64,000 bases of DNA from a virus: the IMG/VR virus record IMGVR_UViG_3300005613_000011, positions 49,267 to 113,266 of that record; one strand, written 5' to 3'. Under the pieces are notes generated by a model. That model had not been told where the DNA came from. It saw only the letters and a program-made list of their open reading frames with translations, and did not search any database. The translations under genes and the position numbers were made by a program. This document shows positions 10,059 to 19,613 of the stretch, piece by piece. Position 1 is the stretch's first letter. Every line of letters starts with the position of its first letter.

Positions 10059-13000
10059 ATGAGTGTTTGTTCATTTAATCCTAGTAATCAGTGGAGTTTG
10101 ATAAATTATTATTGTCTCTATTATAACATAGGGGACAATTGGGCCAGCGGGACGTGGTATATCAACAACGACAAGAAGCATGCTATCAAGATTTTTGGAT
10201 CTAATGAAAACGGGGGTTTCGGGGACAACAGTATTACAGTTTCCCCTCCTTCTCAAGAGTCTTTTATAAGTAGCTATTTTGATAGTAATAATCTTGTATT
10301 GAATGGTACAAGATTGCAGGATGATGCATATGGTTTTAATGATATAGGTCTTGATTTCAATAACAACATAATAACTTTTCTGTTTGATGAAAGTGGGAGC
10401 ATGCTGTGGAACGATAATGGTGGTTTCAGGTACGATCTTGCAAAAAGGTATATTAATCGGGTTGCTGGTGCTTATCCGGCAGAAGTGTTATACAAGATAT
10501 TTAAGTTTGGAGGACAAAAAGTAAAACTTACCATTGGGGCCGATTTAGAGTCATCTAATCAATTGAGTCAATTAAGGACGGAGTTTTTCCAGCAATATTT
10601 GTTTGGCGATTCTATAATAAACTTTACTGGCATAAGAGTTGTAAGAAGAGAAGACGGTTTTCCGTCTAACCCTATTGATGGAGATATAATATTTGACGGC
10701 ATTTCTAATGGAGTGCAAGATTTAAACGTTTCTGCCGATTCAACATATTATTATACCGTTTATACTTTCAATAGTAACTATCAGTTTAGTGATGGTGTCA
10801 GAATACAAGTGACTTCTCGTGATGGAGATTCTCCAAGAGGTGTAAAAACCTTTGACTATGAAGTTCTTTCTGGTTCCGGTGTGCCTTTTGATGAGAATAT
10901 TGTAGGGGTTTGGCATTTTGACGAAGCAGATGGTCAGGTTGTATATGATTTTGCCACTAATGTCGATTTGTCTGTATCTGAGACTAATGCGATTTGGTTG
11001 ACCGAGGAAGATGTTCCTGTTGGACAGTCTGGTTTAAGGTTTAATGGAGAGACAACTTCAGTTTCAACTCAATCTGTCGTTTCTAATTTTGAACTCAGAC
11101 AAAGTAGTTATATGACACTTAGCGCTTGGATCAAGCCTTATAATTTTTCTTCGAATAGAGCAATTATTTCCAGGCAGGATGGAACTAATCTAAACTATTT
11201 TCTGTATACTAACACATCAGGAGGGTTGACGTTCGAGACCGCGTTTACGAACGCCTCATCAACGAATGGAATTTTGACGGAAGAACAGTGGAATAAAGTA
11301 GACGTTGTTATAGACATGTTTACTGGTATTGTTTCTTTTTATGTGAACGGGTCTCCTGCTGGATCTCCAGTCCTGTCTAATTTAAACCTGACTTTTGGAA
11401 ATATGTATTTTGATGTTGGATATAACAGGGGAGCAATTTCTGGAATTGAGAGATTTTTTGGGGAAATTTGCGAAATCTCGGTACACGATGTAGCAAGAGG
11501 TTTTAACTATATCACTGAGCACCATAATATTTTGAGAAACGATAATGGCGATAGACTCGTTATTCTTAAATATGCCATACCTGAAGTTTATAATTTTAAT
11601 GGTAATGATGTTGTTATTATAGCGAACGAGATGAGAGTTCCTTCTTATGTCGGAGACGGTCTAGAGATACATTCTAATACTATAACTTCGTCAGGGGATT
11701 TTTATACTACGTTTAGGGATGAGTTTCTACTAGGTTCGAACTACTATTTTAGAATATTCTCCAAAAATCAAAACCGTCACTACTGTCATATTGATGATGC
11801 TATGTCATTATCTGTACTTGTCCCAAACATTGATACAGAAAACAGAGAGATAGTTCCTTCTCTTTCGTCTCTACTTGCCCCGCCTTACAATATCGAGGCT
11901 ATAGCTGGTGACAGGAAAGTATACATAAGGTGGGATTTGGATCCGTCTGATGAGAGGTTAAAAAGAGTGAGGCTGTACAGGTCTGATAGTGCTTTCCCGA
12001 TATTAGACGAGGAAGGTAATAGTGATAGTATCTTGATTTTCGATGGTGACACATATGAAACTGGTTATGTTGACGTTCTACTGTCTAATAATGTTCGTTA
12101 TTATTACACTTTGTGTTCTATTGACAAATATGGGAGACCGTCTGAGGAGAGTACTGTTGATGTTGTCCCGTCTAGTGGACTTGATGAATCACGAATACCT
12201 TTAAGAGATGTGAAAAATGTTCGTTATGAAATTGTAGATGGAAATCATCTTAATTTGATGTGGGATGAATTTGTGTTAGAAAGAGACATTAGCACATTTT
12301 TTAGCGAAAATATAGTTTTCTATATGAAGCTAACAGACCAAAGCGGCAATAAGTTAACTAAAGATTATACTATTTCTTGTGATATCATAGATGCGTCTTA
12401 TACGTATCCAGACGATGTTGCAGAAGATATTTTTATCAACGACACAAATATTCCAACTCCTGATATAAACGATTTGTATAGTTTAACTGTTACGTCCGTT
12501 GACAAGGGTTTATCAAAAGGGCTGGTCGAACTGACAAAAGATAATAGTTTGTTGACTAATATAAAATCTGTCTTGTTAGTTTTAAGATTTAATGTTACTT
12601 TTAGTAGCGTTGGTGATAGTGAGTTTGTATACAGGTCGAGACCGATAGTTGTAGAGTGGAAAAATAACTTATCTGTTGATATCACTAATAAAGATAGTAA
12701 ATATGTAGAAATCACCAGTAAGCATAAAATCAATGCTTTAGATGATCAAGTCCCGTCTTCTGTTGTAAAATATAACGGTATTTATGCCACATCTTCTAAT
12801 AATTATGTTTGTAGAGTTTATTTATATAATGCTGGTCAACAGGCTTCAATTGTGAGTTCTACTGTTGATGTTGCTGTATATGATGCAACGATAGATTTTG
12901 ATGATATAGTCCCGACTCCAGTTAGAGGAAATATTAGTTCGACAGTTCGTGTTCTTAATTCTTTGAGTATTGTGTCTGGGACGAGAGAAGTTAGAAATGT

Positions 13001-16000
13001 TTATGGAGAATTTACGGGGGAGACTGAAAATGTCACCTATGTTGATATTCTTCTTTTTACCCCATCTCAGGAGCATACTGTTCTTTTGTATGTCAAGTCG
13101 CGTTTGATTGACGGGTCTACGATTATCAAGAAAATATTAGTTGTTTTTAAGAGCCCGTTGATTGTTGATATACTACCAAGTGTTCCGGTTGGTGATGGGA
13201 GACAGGTCAGGGAGCAAAGTGCTCTTGTCTATATGGTCGATCCAGACGATCCTGACGATTTATCCAAAAGAACATATTTGCCTGATACAACGATGGTCGA
13301 ATGGAAGTTGGAGAAAAAGTCCGACGCAATTGATAGAATATTTTATTCTATGGATAGCACTCCATCGACTGATGGCATTTTTTCATACCTGAACAGAGGA
13401 TTAGCCAGAAACGTTTTTCTTGGCCCAATTAACAATGTAAAAGTTCATGGGTATGATAGTGCCGGGAATCCACAGTATGAAACTCATACTATGAGTGTTT
13501 CTGTCTTTTATGACGGAGTATCAGCAACTGATTCTCAAGATATAGAACTGATTCCATTGAGAGAGAAAGGTCATCGTGTTATGCCTTCTAATTTCTTAAT
13601 GGAATTTAGTGATCTGAAACAAAAATTCTGGACCGATGGCATAGGATATGCAACTCTTATAATTTCACACAATGCCGAATCTTCAACTACTAAGTATTCT
13701 CAACCATTTAGACAGTGCATGTCTTTGGCCGGTAAACAAATATATCAGTTGAATAGTGGTATGATGGTTAGGATAGATACAAACGATCCAGATGTTGAGA
13801 TTATATGGGGCGATGTTGTAGAATATCTTGACCCGTATCTAGACAGATGGGTTTTGGATACGAGCAATGCTCATATCGCTTATGGAGCAGCATCTGTTAA
13901 TCTCTCTCAATATAATGATACTTATGTTTATTTCAGGCAAGATAAAAAATATACAAGTCAAGGAGCAGCCGGGTTTGAGAGGTTGCGAACCGATTGTTCG
14001 TCGTTATCTGCTGATAAATATACTTTGTATAATGATGAAATAACTGTTACTGGGCATATTGTTTCTGATTTTAATGGAGACCTGTTGACTCTTACTGGAG
14101 GTGGTTCTTTTGGAACTGGTCTTGTTCCAACTGTTTTAATACCTGAAGAACCATTAAGAGTCAGGGCCGTGGACAGAAGGTCTAGAATCGGGAACGCTAT
14201 TACCAGGCAAGAAGGAATTATACTTGATGGTGTTAGTATCAACCAGTTTGTTTTGGATGTGTCTTTTGCTGAGACATGTGTTCCTGATGGGACTCCTATA
14301 GACATAGAAGTAGTTAATTATTCAGAAAATTCTGTTGAGCCTGTTAATAGTAGAATAAGAACGGCTACAACAGTTGATAGCGATATTGATCCAGACAGGG
14401 AACGAAGCTATGCCGTTTTTGAGCTGCAACCCCTACAACCAAAAAAGAACATAGCCGCTAATATCTATTTGACAGCGACATATCATATAGAACAGGAAAA
14501 TATTGGTGTAATAGACAGGACTGAAACAATTTGTTTGCTTGTCAGGTATGATGCTGACGATTGGAAGGACCAGTCTTCTGCCAGTAATATCAGAAGTATT
14601 TTCAGTGGAAGGGTTGATAGGTATAATACTTCTACAAATGCGTGGACTCAACTTGCTTCTATGAATACAGCAAGGGGCCATTTGTGTGTAGAATCAGTAG
14701 GAAATATAGTATATGCTATTGGCGGGATAGGAGCGAATGAAATATTATCTACTGTCGAAGAATATGATATTTCTTCTGATTCTTGGGCAGAGATGACTTC
14801 TATGAATACCGCCAGAATGGGTGCCATGTCGGTGGTTGTTGGAACCGACATATATGTTCTTGGTGGCATAGAATATGATAGGACTAATAACAGAGTATAT
14901 GTTTCTCGTGCAGTAGAAAGATACGATACACTAGGTAATTCATGGGCAGAACTTGACAGTATGCCAACAATAGATGTTGGTTCTATTGAAAGAATCCCAT
15001 ATGGAGTTGCTTTTGGTTGTGCTGAGTACATTCAGTCTTTGAACAGGATTTATGTTGTCAGTGGGATAAGGGATATTACTGATGATGCGGCTTTTATTGA
15101 TCACAACAATAGGGTTTTATATTATGATATAGATAATGATGAGTGGGGTTATTCCGATCCTATTTCCGAGACAGAGTTTCGATCCTATTACAGGATTTCT
15201 CCAATATCTTTTGTAGATGGGAATGAAATAATTGTTCTCTCCGGAGCATACCAGAAACTGAATGGGTCTTTGGAATATTATGTAACATCTTATGCATATA
15301 ACACATCTTCTGGATCTGTTGAATCTAGGGAAGACGAATTTAATCATATGTTGCAACCAAAGTATTTTGCGGCATCTGCGACAAGCGGGACAGAGACTTA
15401 TTCTGTAGGTGGTTTTGGGCCTGATTCCGAAACGTTGAAAACATTTGAGATTGTGGAGAACGTTGGTGGGAACCCGTTGTATGATGTCGCCGAGTTGGGT
15501 AATACAACGAAATCCAAGAATGGTGGTGGATGTTGTTTTGTATCGAGCGGAGGAATCACTAATCTTATATATGCAGGTGGCGTTGAAAGTGGTAAGGGTA
15601 ATGGTTTTCTTAAAATGACCATTAGTCCATATGAAGACGAAATGATGCTTAATGGCAGACAATATCTTGGGGCTAGAGTAAGCATGACTGATGACAGTGG
15701 CGAGAATGATGTTTTAGCCACAGCTAGGATTACAGGATATCTACAAATTACAGATCCTATAGACGAAACTTTAGTTCCTCAAGATTTACTTCCTTATAAT
15801 ATTCTTTTTGACGAGGAGGTGTTGGATATAGTTGATGGTAAGGCGGAAGTTTCTTTGAAACCTCGCTCCGACGATATCTTAAAGAAACTTAATACGAGTC
15901 TTAATTTTACAGAAGGTTCTGATAATAATCTTTATAAGATTGTTTTGCAGTCTACTATAATAGATGGTTATGTTCCTGAGACTATAGGTACTGCTGGACA

Positions 16001-18002
16001 GGGGCCGGTCCCGTATTACGGACAGACGTTGTTAAATACAATTAGTGATGATAGTAATGCTACGGTTCTTTCGCCAACATGTATTGTCCCTGTTTCTTCG
16101 AATATAATTATAGCATCTCTTAATTCCGCATCTATATTTGAAGATAATGTATTTAAGCTTATTTCTGCACCATTATATCAAAACAGGTCTGTTGCTACGG
16201 ATGTTTCAGCTAGTAGCATGGTTATACCGTTAGTGGCTGATTTGACAAGTGGTGGTCCTGTGCAATCGTCTTCAGCTATATCTGTTATAGATGAAATGGC
16301 TGATGCTATTCCTGTCGGTTGTTCTCCTTTGTATGATGCTCTTGAAGTTGTATCCAACACGCTAAATAATGAAGAGTTTGACAATTACGGTAAGTCAATA
16401 ATATCTTTTGTTGATAGCGATCCAAACACTTCGGATAATAGCAACCAGGATGCTATAGATGCTGTTAATAATATTGATAATTACCAGGACGTTCCTCTCC
16501 TTGTTGGCAATTTGTCTATGAGTAGTCCGTATGTTGTTTCTTCTAGTCTGGAAATGACGGGTTCCGTAGAACTCGATAAATTGGCCTATTTTACGGGTGG
16601 TCAAAGTTTTAGTATTGTATCAACGCAATTTGAGGATGAATTGGTTTGCATGATGACGGGTAGAGCGAGAGGTTCTCTAGGTTATGGTTCTGCTGTTTAT
16701 ACGATAGATTTGGGTGAATTCGTGAATCTTGAATCTGCTAATGTAATCTTTTCTTTGCCAGATAACACTTATGGGGAATGGAGGATGTCTGTAAGCGAAG
16801 ATGGGTATGATTATACTCCGTATACTATTTATTTTACACCTGGTTTTGATGTTGGGTTTTCGAGTTTGGATACAAGGTATATTAGATTTGATATGAGATT
16901 GCAGAGTTGTTTGACTATTACTAATGAAGAATCTGATGAGAGTTCGCCAACCGGGATGCCTTTGATAGAAGGATTGAATTTTGGTTATACACCAGTAAAA
17001 ACAGATTATTTGTTTGTTAATGAGTTAACTGTAAACGACAATACGCAGCAAGCGATAGCGACTCTGGACGCAGACGACGAAAACGGAGAAATACAGTTTG
17101 GTATTTCTACTTCTAAGTCTCATAACTGGAATGATTTTGATAGTGATTCTAAACCTTCGAGACCTATTGCTGGTGGTAATGTAATTTTACCAGTTAGAAA
17201 CAGGGATATAGTAGGTATTCGTTCTGAAGAACTAATAAACGTAGACAATTGTGTATTTAGAGCGAGATATGGTAATTGGGATTATGAATCTACAGTTGCG
17301 ATTTATGATTCTTCTAATGATTTGATTGATTCTAGTTTATACAAAACATATCCAAGGCAAGGCAGGGTAATTTTTTCTGCAAAGATGTATGATAGTTATA
17401 TTATAAGAATACAAGATCCTGATAAGATCAGGTCTGGTTTTAGGATTAACAACAGCAATTCTAATGTTCCTGTTAACATATATGGGCTTGGAGAGATGTA
17501 TGCTTCTCAGAGATCGATTAAGGATTATTTGCAGGGGACAACTTCTGCTACAACTGCTACAACTGTCTGTGTTGAATTTCCATGGATTACATGTAGCAAT
17601 CCATCTCATTCTGTTGCTTCAGTAGCGATTGATTCTGTCCCTGGTAACGGTTGTTATGATAGATCTAGTGGAACTTACGTATATGATTCAACATTAGATA
17701 CAATCGGTTTTACTGGTTGGTGGTTCAGAAAAGTTGCTACTAATATTGCTTTAATTATTCTGTTTTGTAAGAGTGATGAAAAATATTATGCCGAGATATA
17801 TGACATATCAGCAGACGAAGCAATATTTGGTGCAGATACAAACGAATGTCCATGTGTTAGTTTGGAGAACGATAAGTTAAGAGATCTCTCTGGTACAGGG
17901 TTATGTTGCGATAATGTTTCAGAAGCAGTTATTGGTGAGTTTGTCTTGAGAGGAATCGGAGATTGTTCTTTCTATAATGCGACAGTTACAGTTTCAGTTT
18001 AA
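10059..18002 (+). CDS. Giant multidomain virion/adhesin protein: vWA (MIDAS), FN3-like, LamG/ConA, Kelch repeats
   Basis: FLFDESGSM MIDAS; GVWHFDE...GLRFNG...TLSAWIKP...FFGEICE LamG; Kelch repeats (VYAIGG...VEEYD...W..M.SMNTAR). Confidence 0.75.
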   Translation: MSVCSFNPSNQWSLINYYCLYYNIGDNWASGTWYINNDKKHAIKIFGSNENGGFGDNSITVSPPSQESFISSYFDSNNLVLNGTRLQDDAYGFNDIGLDFNNNIITFLFDESGSMLWNDNGGFRYDLAKRYINRVAGAYPAEVLYKIFKFGGQKVKLTIGADLESSNQLSQLRTEFFQQYLFGDSIINFTGIRVVRREDGFPSNPIDGDIIFDGISNGVQDLNVSADSTYYYTVYTFNSNYQFSDGVRIQVTSRDGDSPRGVKTFDYEVLSGSGVPFDENIVGVWHFDEADGQVVYDFATNVDLSVSETNAIWLTEEDVPVGQSGLRFNGETTSVSTQSVVSNFELRQSSYMTLSAWIKPYNFSSNRAIISRQDGTNLNYFLYTNTSGGLTFETAFTNASSTNGILTEEQWNKVDVVIDMFTGIVSFYVNGSPAGSPVLSNLNLTFGNMYFDVGYNRGAISGIERFFGEICEISVHDVARGFNYITEHHNILRNDNGDRLVILKYAIPEVYNFNGNDVVIIANEMRVPSYVGDGLEIHSNTITSSGDFYTTFRDEFLLGSNYYFRIFSKNQNRHYCHIDDAMSLSVLVPNIDTENREIVPSLSSLLAPPYNIEAIAGDRKVYIRWDLDPSDERLKRVRLYRSDSAFPILDEEGNSDSILIFDGDTYETGYVDVLLSNNVRYYYTLCSIDKYGRPSEESTVDVVPSSGLDESRIPLRDVKNVRYEIVDGNHLNLMWDEFVLERDISTFFSENIVFYMKLTDQSGNKLTKDYTISCDIIDASYTYPDDVAEDIFINDTNIPTPDINDLYSLTVTSVDKGLSKGLVELTKDNSLLTNIKSVLLVLRFNVTFSSVGDSEFVYRSRPIVVEWKNNLSVDITNKDSKYVEITSKHKINALDDQVPSSVVKYNGIYATSSNNYVCRVYLYNAGQQASIVSSTVDVAVYDATIDFDDIVPTPVRGNISSTVRVLNSLSIVSGTREVRNVYGEFTGETENVTYVDILLFTPSQEHTVLLYVKSRLIDGSTIIKKILVVFKSPLIVDILPSVPVGDGRQVREQSALVYMVDPDDPDDLSKRTYLPDTTMVEWKLEKKSDAIDRIFYSMDSTPSTDGIFSYLNRGLARNVFLGPINNVKVHGYDSAGNPQYETHTMSVSVFYDGVSATDSQDIELIPLREKGHRVMPSNFLMEFSDLKQKFWTDGIGYATLIISHNAESSTTKYSQPFRQCMSLAGKQIYQLNSGMMVRIDTNDPDVEIIWGDVVEYLDPYLDRWVLDTSNAHIAYGAASVNLSQYNDTYVYFRQDKKYTSQGAAGFERLRTDCSSLSADKYTLYNDEITVTGHIVSDFNGDLLTLTGGGSFGTGLVPTVLIPEEPLRVRAVDRRSRIGNAITRQEGIILDGVSINQFVLDVSFAETCVPDGTPIDIEVVNYSENSVEPVNSRIRTATTVDSDIDPDRERSYAVFELQPLQPKKNIAANIYLTATYHIEQENIGVIDRTETICLLVRYDADDWKDQSSASNIRSIFSGRVDRYNTSTNAWTQLASMNTARGHLCVESVGNIVYAIGGIGANEILSTVEEYDISSDSWAEMTSMNTARMGAMSVVVGTDIYVLGGIEYDRTNNRVYVSRAVERYDTLGNSWAELDSMPTIDVGSIERIPYGVAFGCAEYIQSLNRIYVVSGIRDITDDAAFIDHNNRVLYYDIDNDEWGYSDPISETEFRSYYRISPISFVDGNEIIVLSGAYQKLNGSLEYYVTSYAYNTSSGSVESREDEFNHMLQPKYFAASATSGTETYSVGGFGPDSETLKTFEIVENVGGNPLYDVAELGNTTKSKNGGGCCFVSSGGITNLIYAGGVESGKGNGFLKMTISPYEDEMMLNGRQYLGARVSMTDDSGENDVLATARITGYLQITDPIDETLVPQDLLPYNILFDEEVLDIVDGKAEVSLKPRSDDILKKLNTSLNFTEGSDNNLYKIVLQSTIIDGYVPETIGTAGQGPVPYYGQTLLNTISDDSNATVLSPTCIVPVSSNIIIASLNSASIFEDNVFKLISAPLYQNRSVATDVSASSMVIPLVADLTSGGPVQSSSAISVIDEMADAIPVGCSPLYDALEVVSNTLNNEEFDNYGKSIISFVDSDPNTSDNSNQDAIDAVNNIDNYQDVPLLVGNLSMSSPYVVSSSLEMTGSVELDKLAYFTGGQSFSIVSTQFEDELVCMMTGRARGSLGYGSAVYTIDLGEFVNLESANVIFSLPDNTYGEWRMSVSEDGYDYTPYTIYFTPGFDVGFSSLDTRYIRFDMRLQSCLTITNEESDESSPTGMPLIEGLNFGYTPVKTDYLFVNELTVNDNTQQAIATLDADDENGEIQFGISTSKSHNWNDFDSDSKPSRPIAGGNVILPVRNRDIVGIRSEELINVDNCVFRARYGNWDYESTVAIYDSSNDLIDSSLYKTYPRQGRVIFSAKMYDSYIIRIQDPDKIRSGFRINNSNSNVPVNIYGLGEMYASQRSIKDYLQGTTSATTATTVCVEFPWITCSNPSHSVASVAIDSVPGNGCYDRSSGTYVYDSTLDTIGFTGWWFRKVATNIALIILFCKSDEKYYAEIYDISADEAIFGADTNECPCVSLENDKLRDLSGTGLCCDNVSEAVIGEFVLRGIGDCSFYNATVTVSV

Positions 18003-18091
18003 TTGTACGAATCAGTTTCATATATGTATATTATCGGAATTAAATAGAAATTCCTTTAATTATTTTAAAAATATTTTTAAGAAAAGAGAAG

Positions 18092-18134
18092 AGGCAATTC
18101 CTCCTCTACGACAAGCGTAGAGGTTTCCTTGCCT
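18092..18134 (+). mobile_element. Orphan IS200/IS605 (IscB-type) end hairpin; may double as terminator of the structural operon
   Basis: AGGCAA-TTCCT-CCTCTACG-acaag-CGTAGAGG-TTTCC-TTGCCT: nested inverted repeats with the GCAATTCCTCC...GGTTTCCTTGC frame typical of IscB element 3' ends. Confidence 0.5.
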
Positions 18135-18142
18135 TACAAAAT

Positions 18143-18934
18143 ATGAAAAATGTAGTTGTTTTTCCAAAAAAAGAAATTTCAAGTCCTGTTTGCGTAATAG
18201 TTCTTACTCATAATAGACTTGATGTCACAAAAGAATTTTTGTCTTCTTTTTTATTGAACACTTTTAATAAATATGACCTCGTGATTGTAGACAATATGTC
18301 TACGGATAGGACAAGAATTTTTCTGGAATATTTTAAGTATGAGTATAATGATGTTCATTTAATTTTTCTCGATCATAACAGCGGTGTTATTGAAGGGAGA
18401 AACGAAGGTTATGAAAGAGTAAAAGAATTTCATCATGATTATTTGATATTTTTGGATAACGATCAAATCGTACAGGAAGGATGGCTCAGTCAACATATTA
18501 ATGTTTTGAATAGTGGTTATGATCTCGTGGGTGTAGATGCCTGGACGATGAATGATAATTTTCGTCCAATAAGATCAATTAGTAATCCAGACGAAACTTT
18601 TTCATATGTTGGTTGTGGTGGGATGATAATAAAAAGAGAAGTTATTGAAGAGGTTGGTTTATTTGATCCGATTTTTAGTCCTATGTATTTCGAAGATCCC
18701 GATTTCAATTTTAAATGTCATAATGCTGGTTTTAAAATCGGGTGGAATTACAAGGCGAAAATAAATCATCTTGCTCATCAGACAATGGAAATAATTTCTC
18801 AACAGGAAAGACGCAAAAACTTTAAACAAAACTTAGAAAAATTCCGAAATAAATGGAAAGGGTATAAACCCTTGAGATTGAAGCAGTCAAAACTTAAAGT
18901 ACTTGATGATTACTATTATAACAACTGTTTATAA
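18143..18934 (+). CDS. Glycosyltransferase family 2
   Basis: VIVLTHN, IVDNMSTD, FLDND (DxD), YFEDPD motifs. Confidence 0.9.
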   Translation: MKNVVVFPKKEISSPVCVIVLTHNRLDVTKEFLSSFLLNTFNKYDLVIVDNMSTDRTRIFLEYFKYEYNDVHLIFLDHNSGVIEGRNEGYERVKEFHHDYLIFLDNDQIVQEGWLSQHINVLNSGYDLVGVDAWTMNDNFRPIRSISNPDETFSYVGCGGMIIKREVIEEVGLFDPIFSPMYFEDPDFNFKCHNAGFKIGWNYKAKINHLAHQTMEIISQQERRKNFKQNLEKFRNKWKGYKPLRLKQSKLKVLDDYYYNNCL

Positions 18935-19613
18935 TTGTGGCAAATACATAAAAGAATCAATAGATTCGATATTAACCCAAGTTTTTGATGATTTTGAGTT
19001 GATTATAGTAAACGATGGTTCTACTGATGATACGTCAGAAATTATCAGATCTTTTGATGATGACAGAATTATATTCATAGATCATGAAGAAAATGCAGGA
19101 ATTCCAATTCGAGCTAACGAAGCTATAGATATAGCAAAAGGAGACTATATAGCGATACACGATGGAGATGACATAAGCCTTCCTTTAAGATTAAGCGTAG
19201 AATTTTCTACTTTAAAATCTGATAAAAGTCTATTTTGTGTCGGTAGTTATGCTATAATAATTGATGATAATAGTAATGAGATAGATCGTTGGAGACATCC
19301 TCCAACGAATAATAATGATATGATTAATATGATCGCCAGGGGCAAGAATCCTGTAATAAATCCTTCTTCCATGTTTAAGAAGTCCGATTTTAACAAAGTC
19401 GGAAAATACACAACGGAGAAGAAATTTCAACTCGTTCACGATCTTGAGCTTTGGGGTAAATGCTTATTTTCCGGTCTGAGATTTTGCACAATAGAAATTC
19501 CATTAGTTAAATATAGGATTAATAATAATGGTTTAACATTTGGTAGAACATTAGAAATGAGGAAATCTCACCATTTATTGTTAGGAAAATGGAGAGAGGA
19601 AGGAAAATTATGA
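18903..19613 (+). CDS. Glycosyltransferase family 2
   Basis: TVYNCGKYIKESIDSIL, VNDGSTD, HDGDD motifs. Confidence 0.92.
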   Translation: MMITIITTVYNCGKYIKESIDSILTQVFDDFELIIVNDGSTDDTSEIIRSFDDDRIIFIDHEENAGIPIRANEAIDIAKGDYIAIHDGDDISLPLRLSVEFSTLKSDKSLFCVGSYAIIIDDNSNEIDRWRHPPTNNNDMINMIARGKNPVINPSSMFKKSDFNKVGKYTTEKKFQLVHDLELWGKCLFSGLRFCTIEIPLVKYRINNNGLTFGRTLEMRKSHHLLLGKWREEGKL

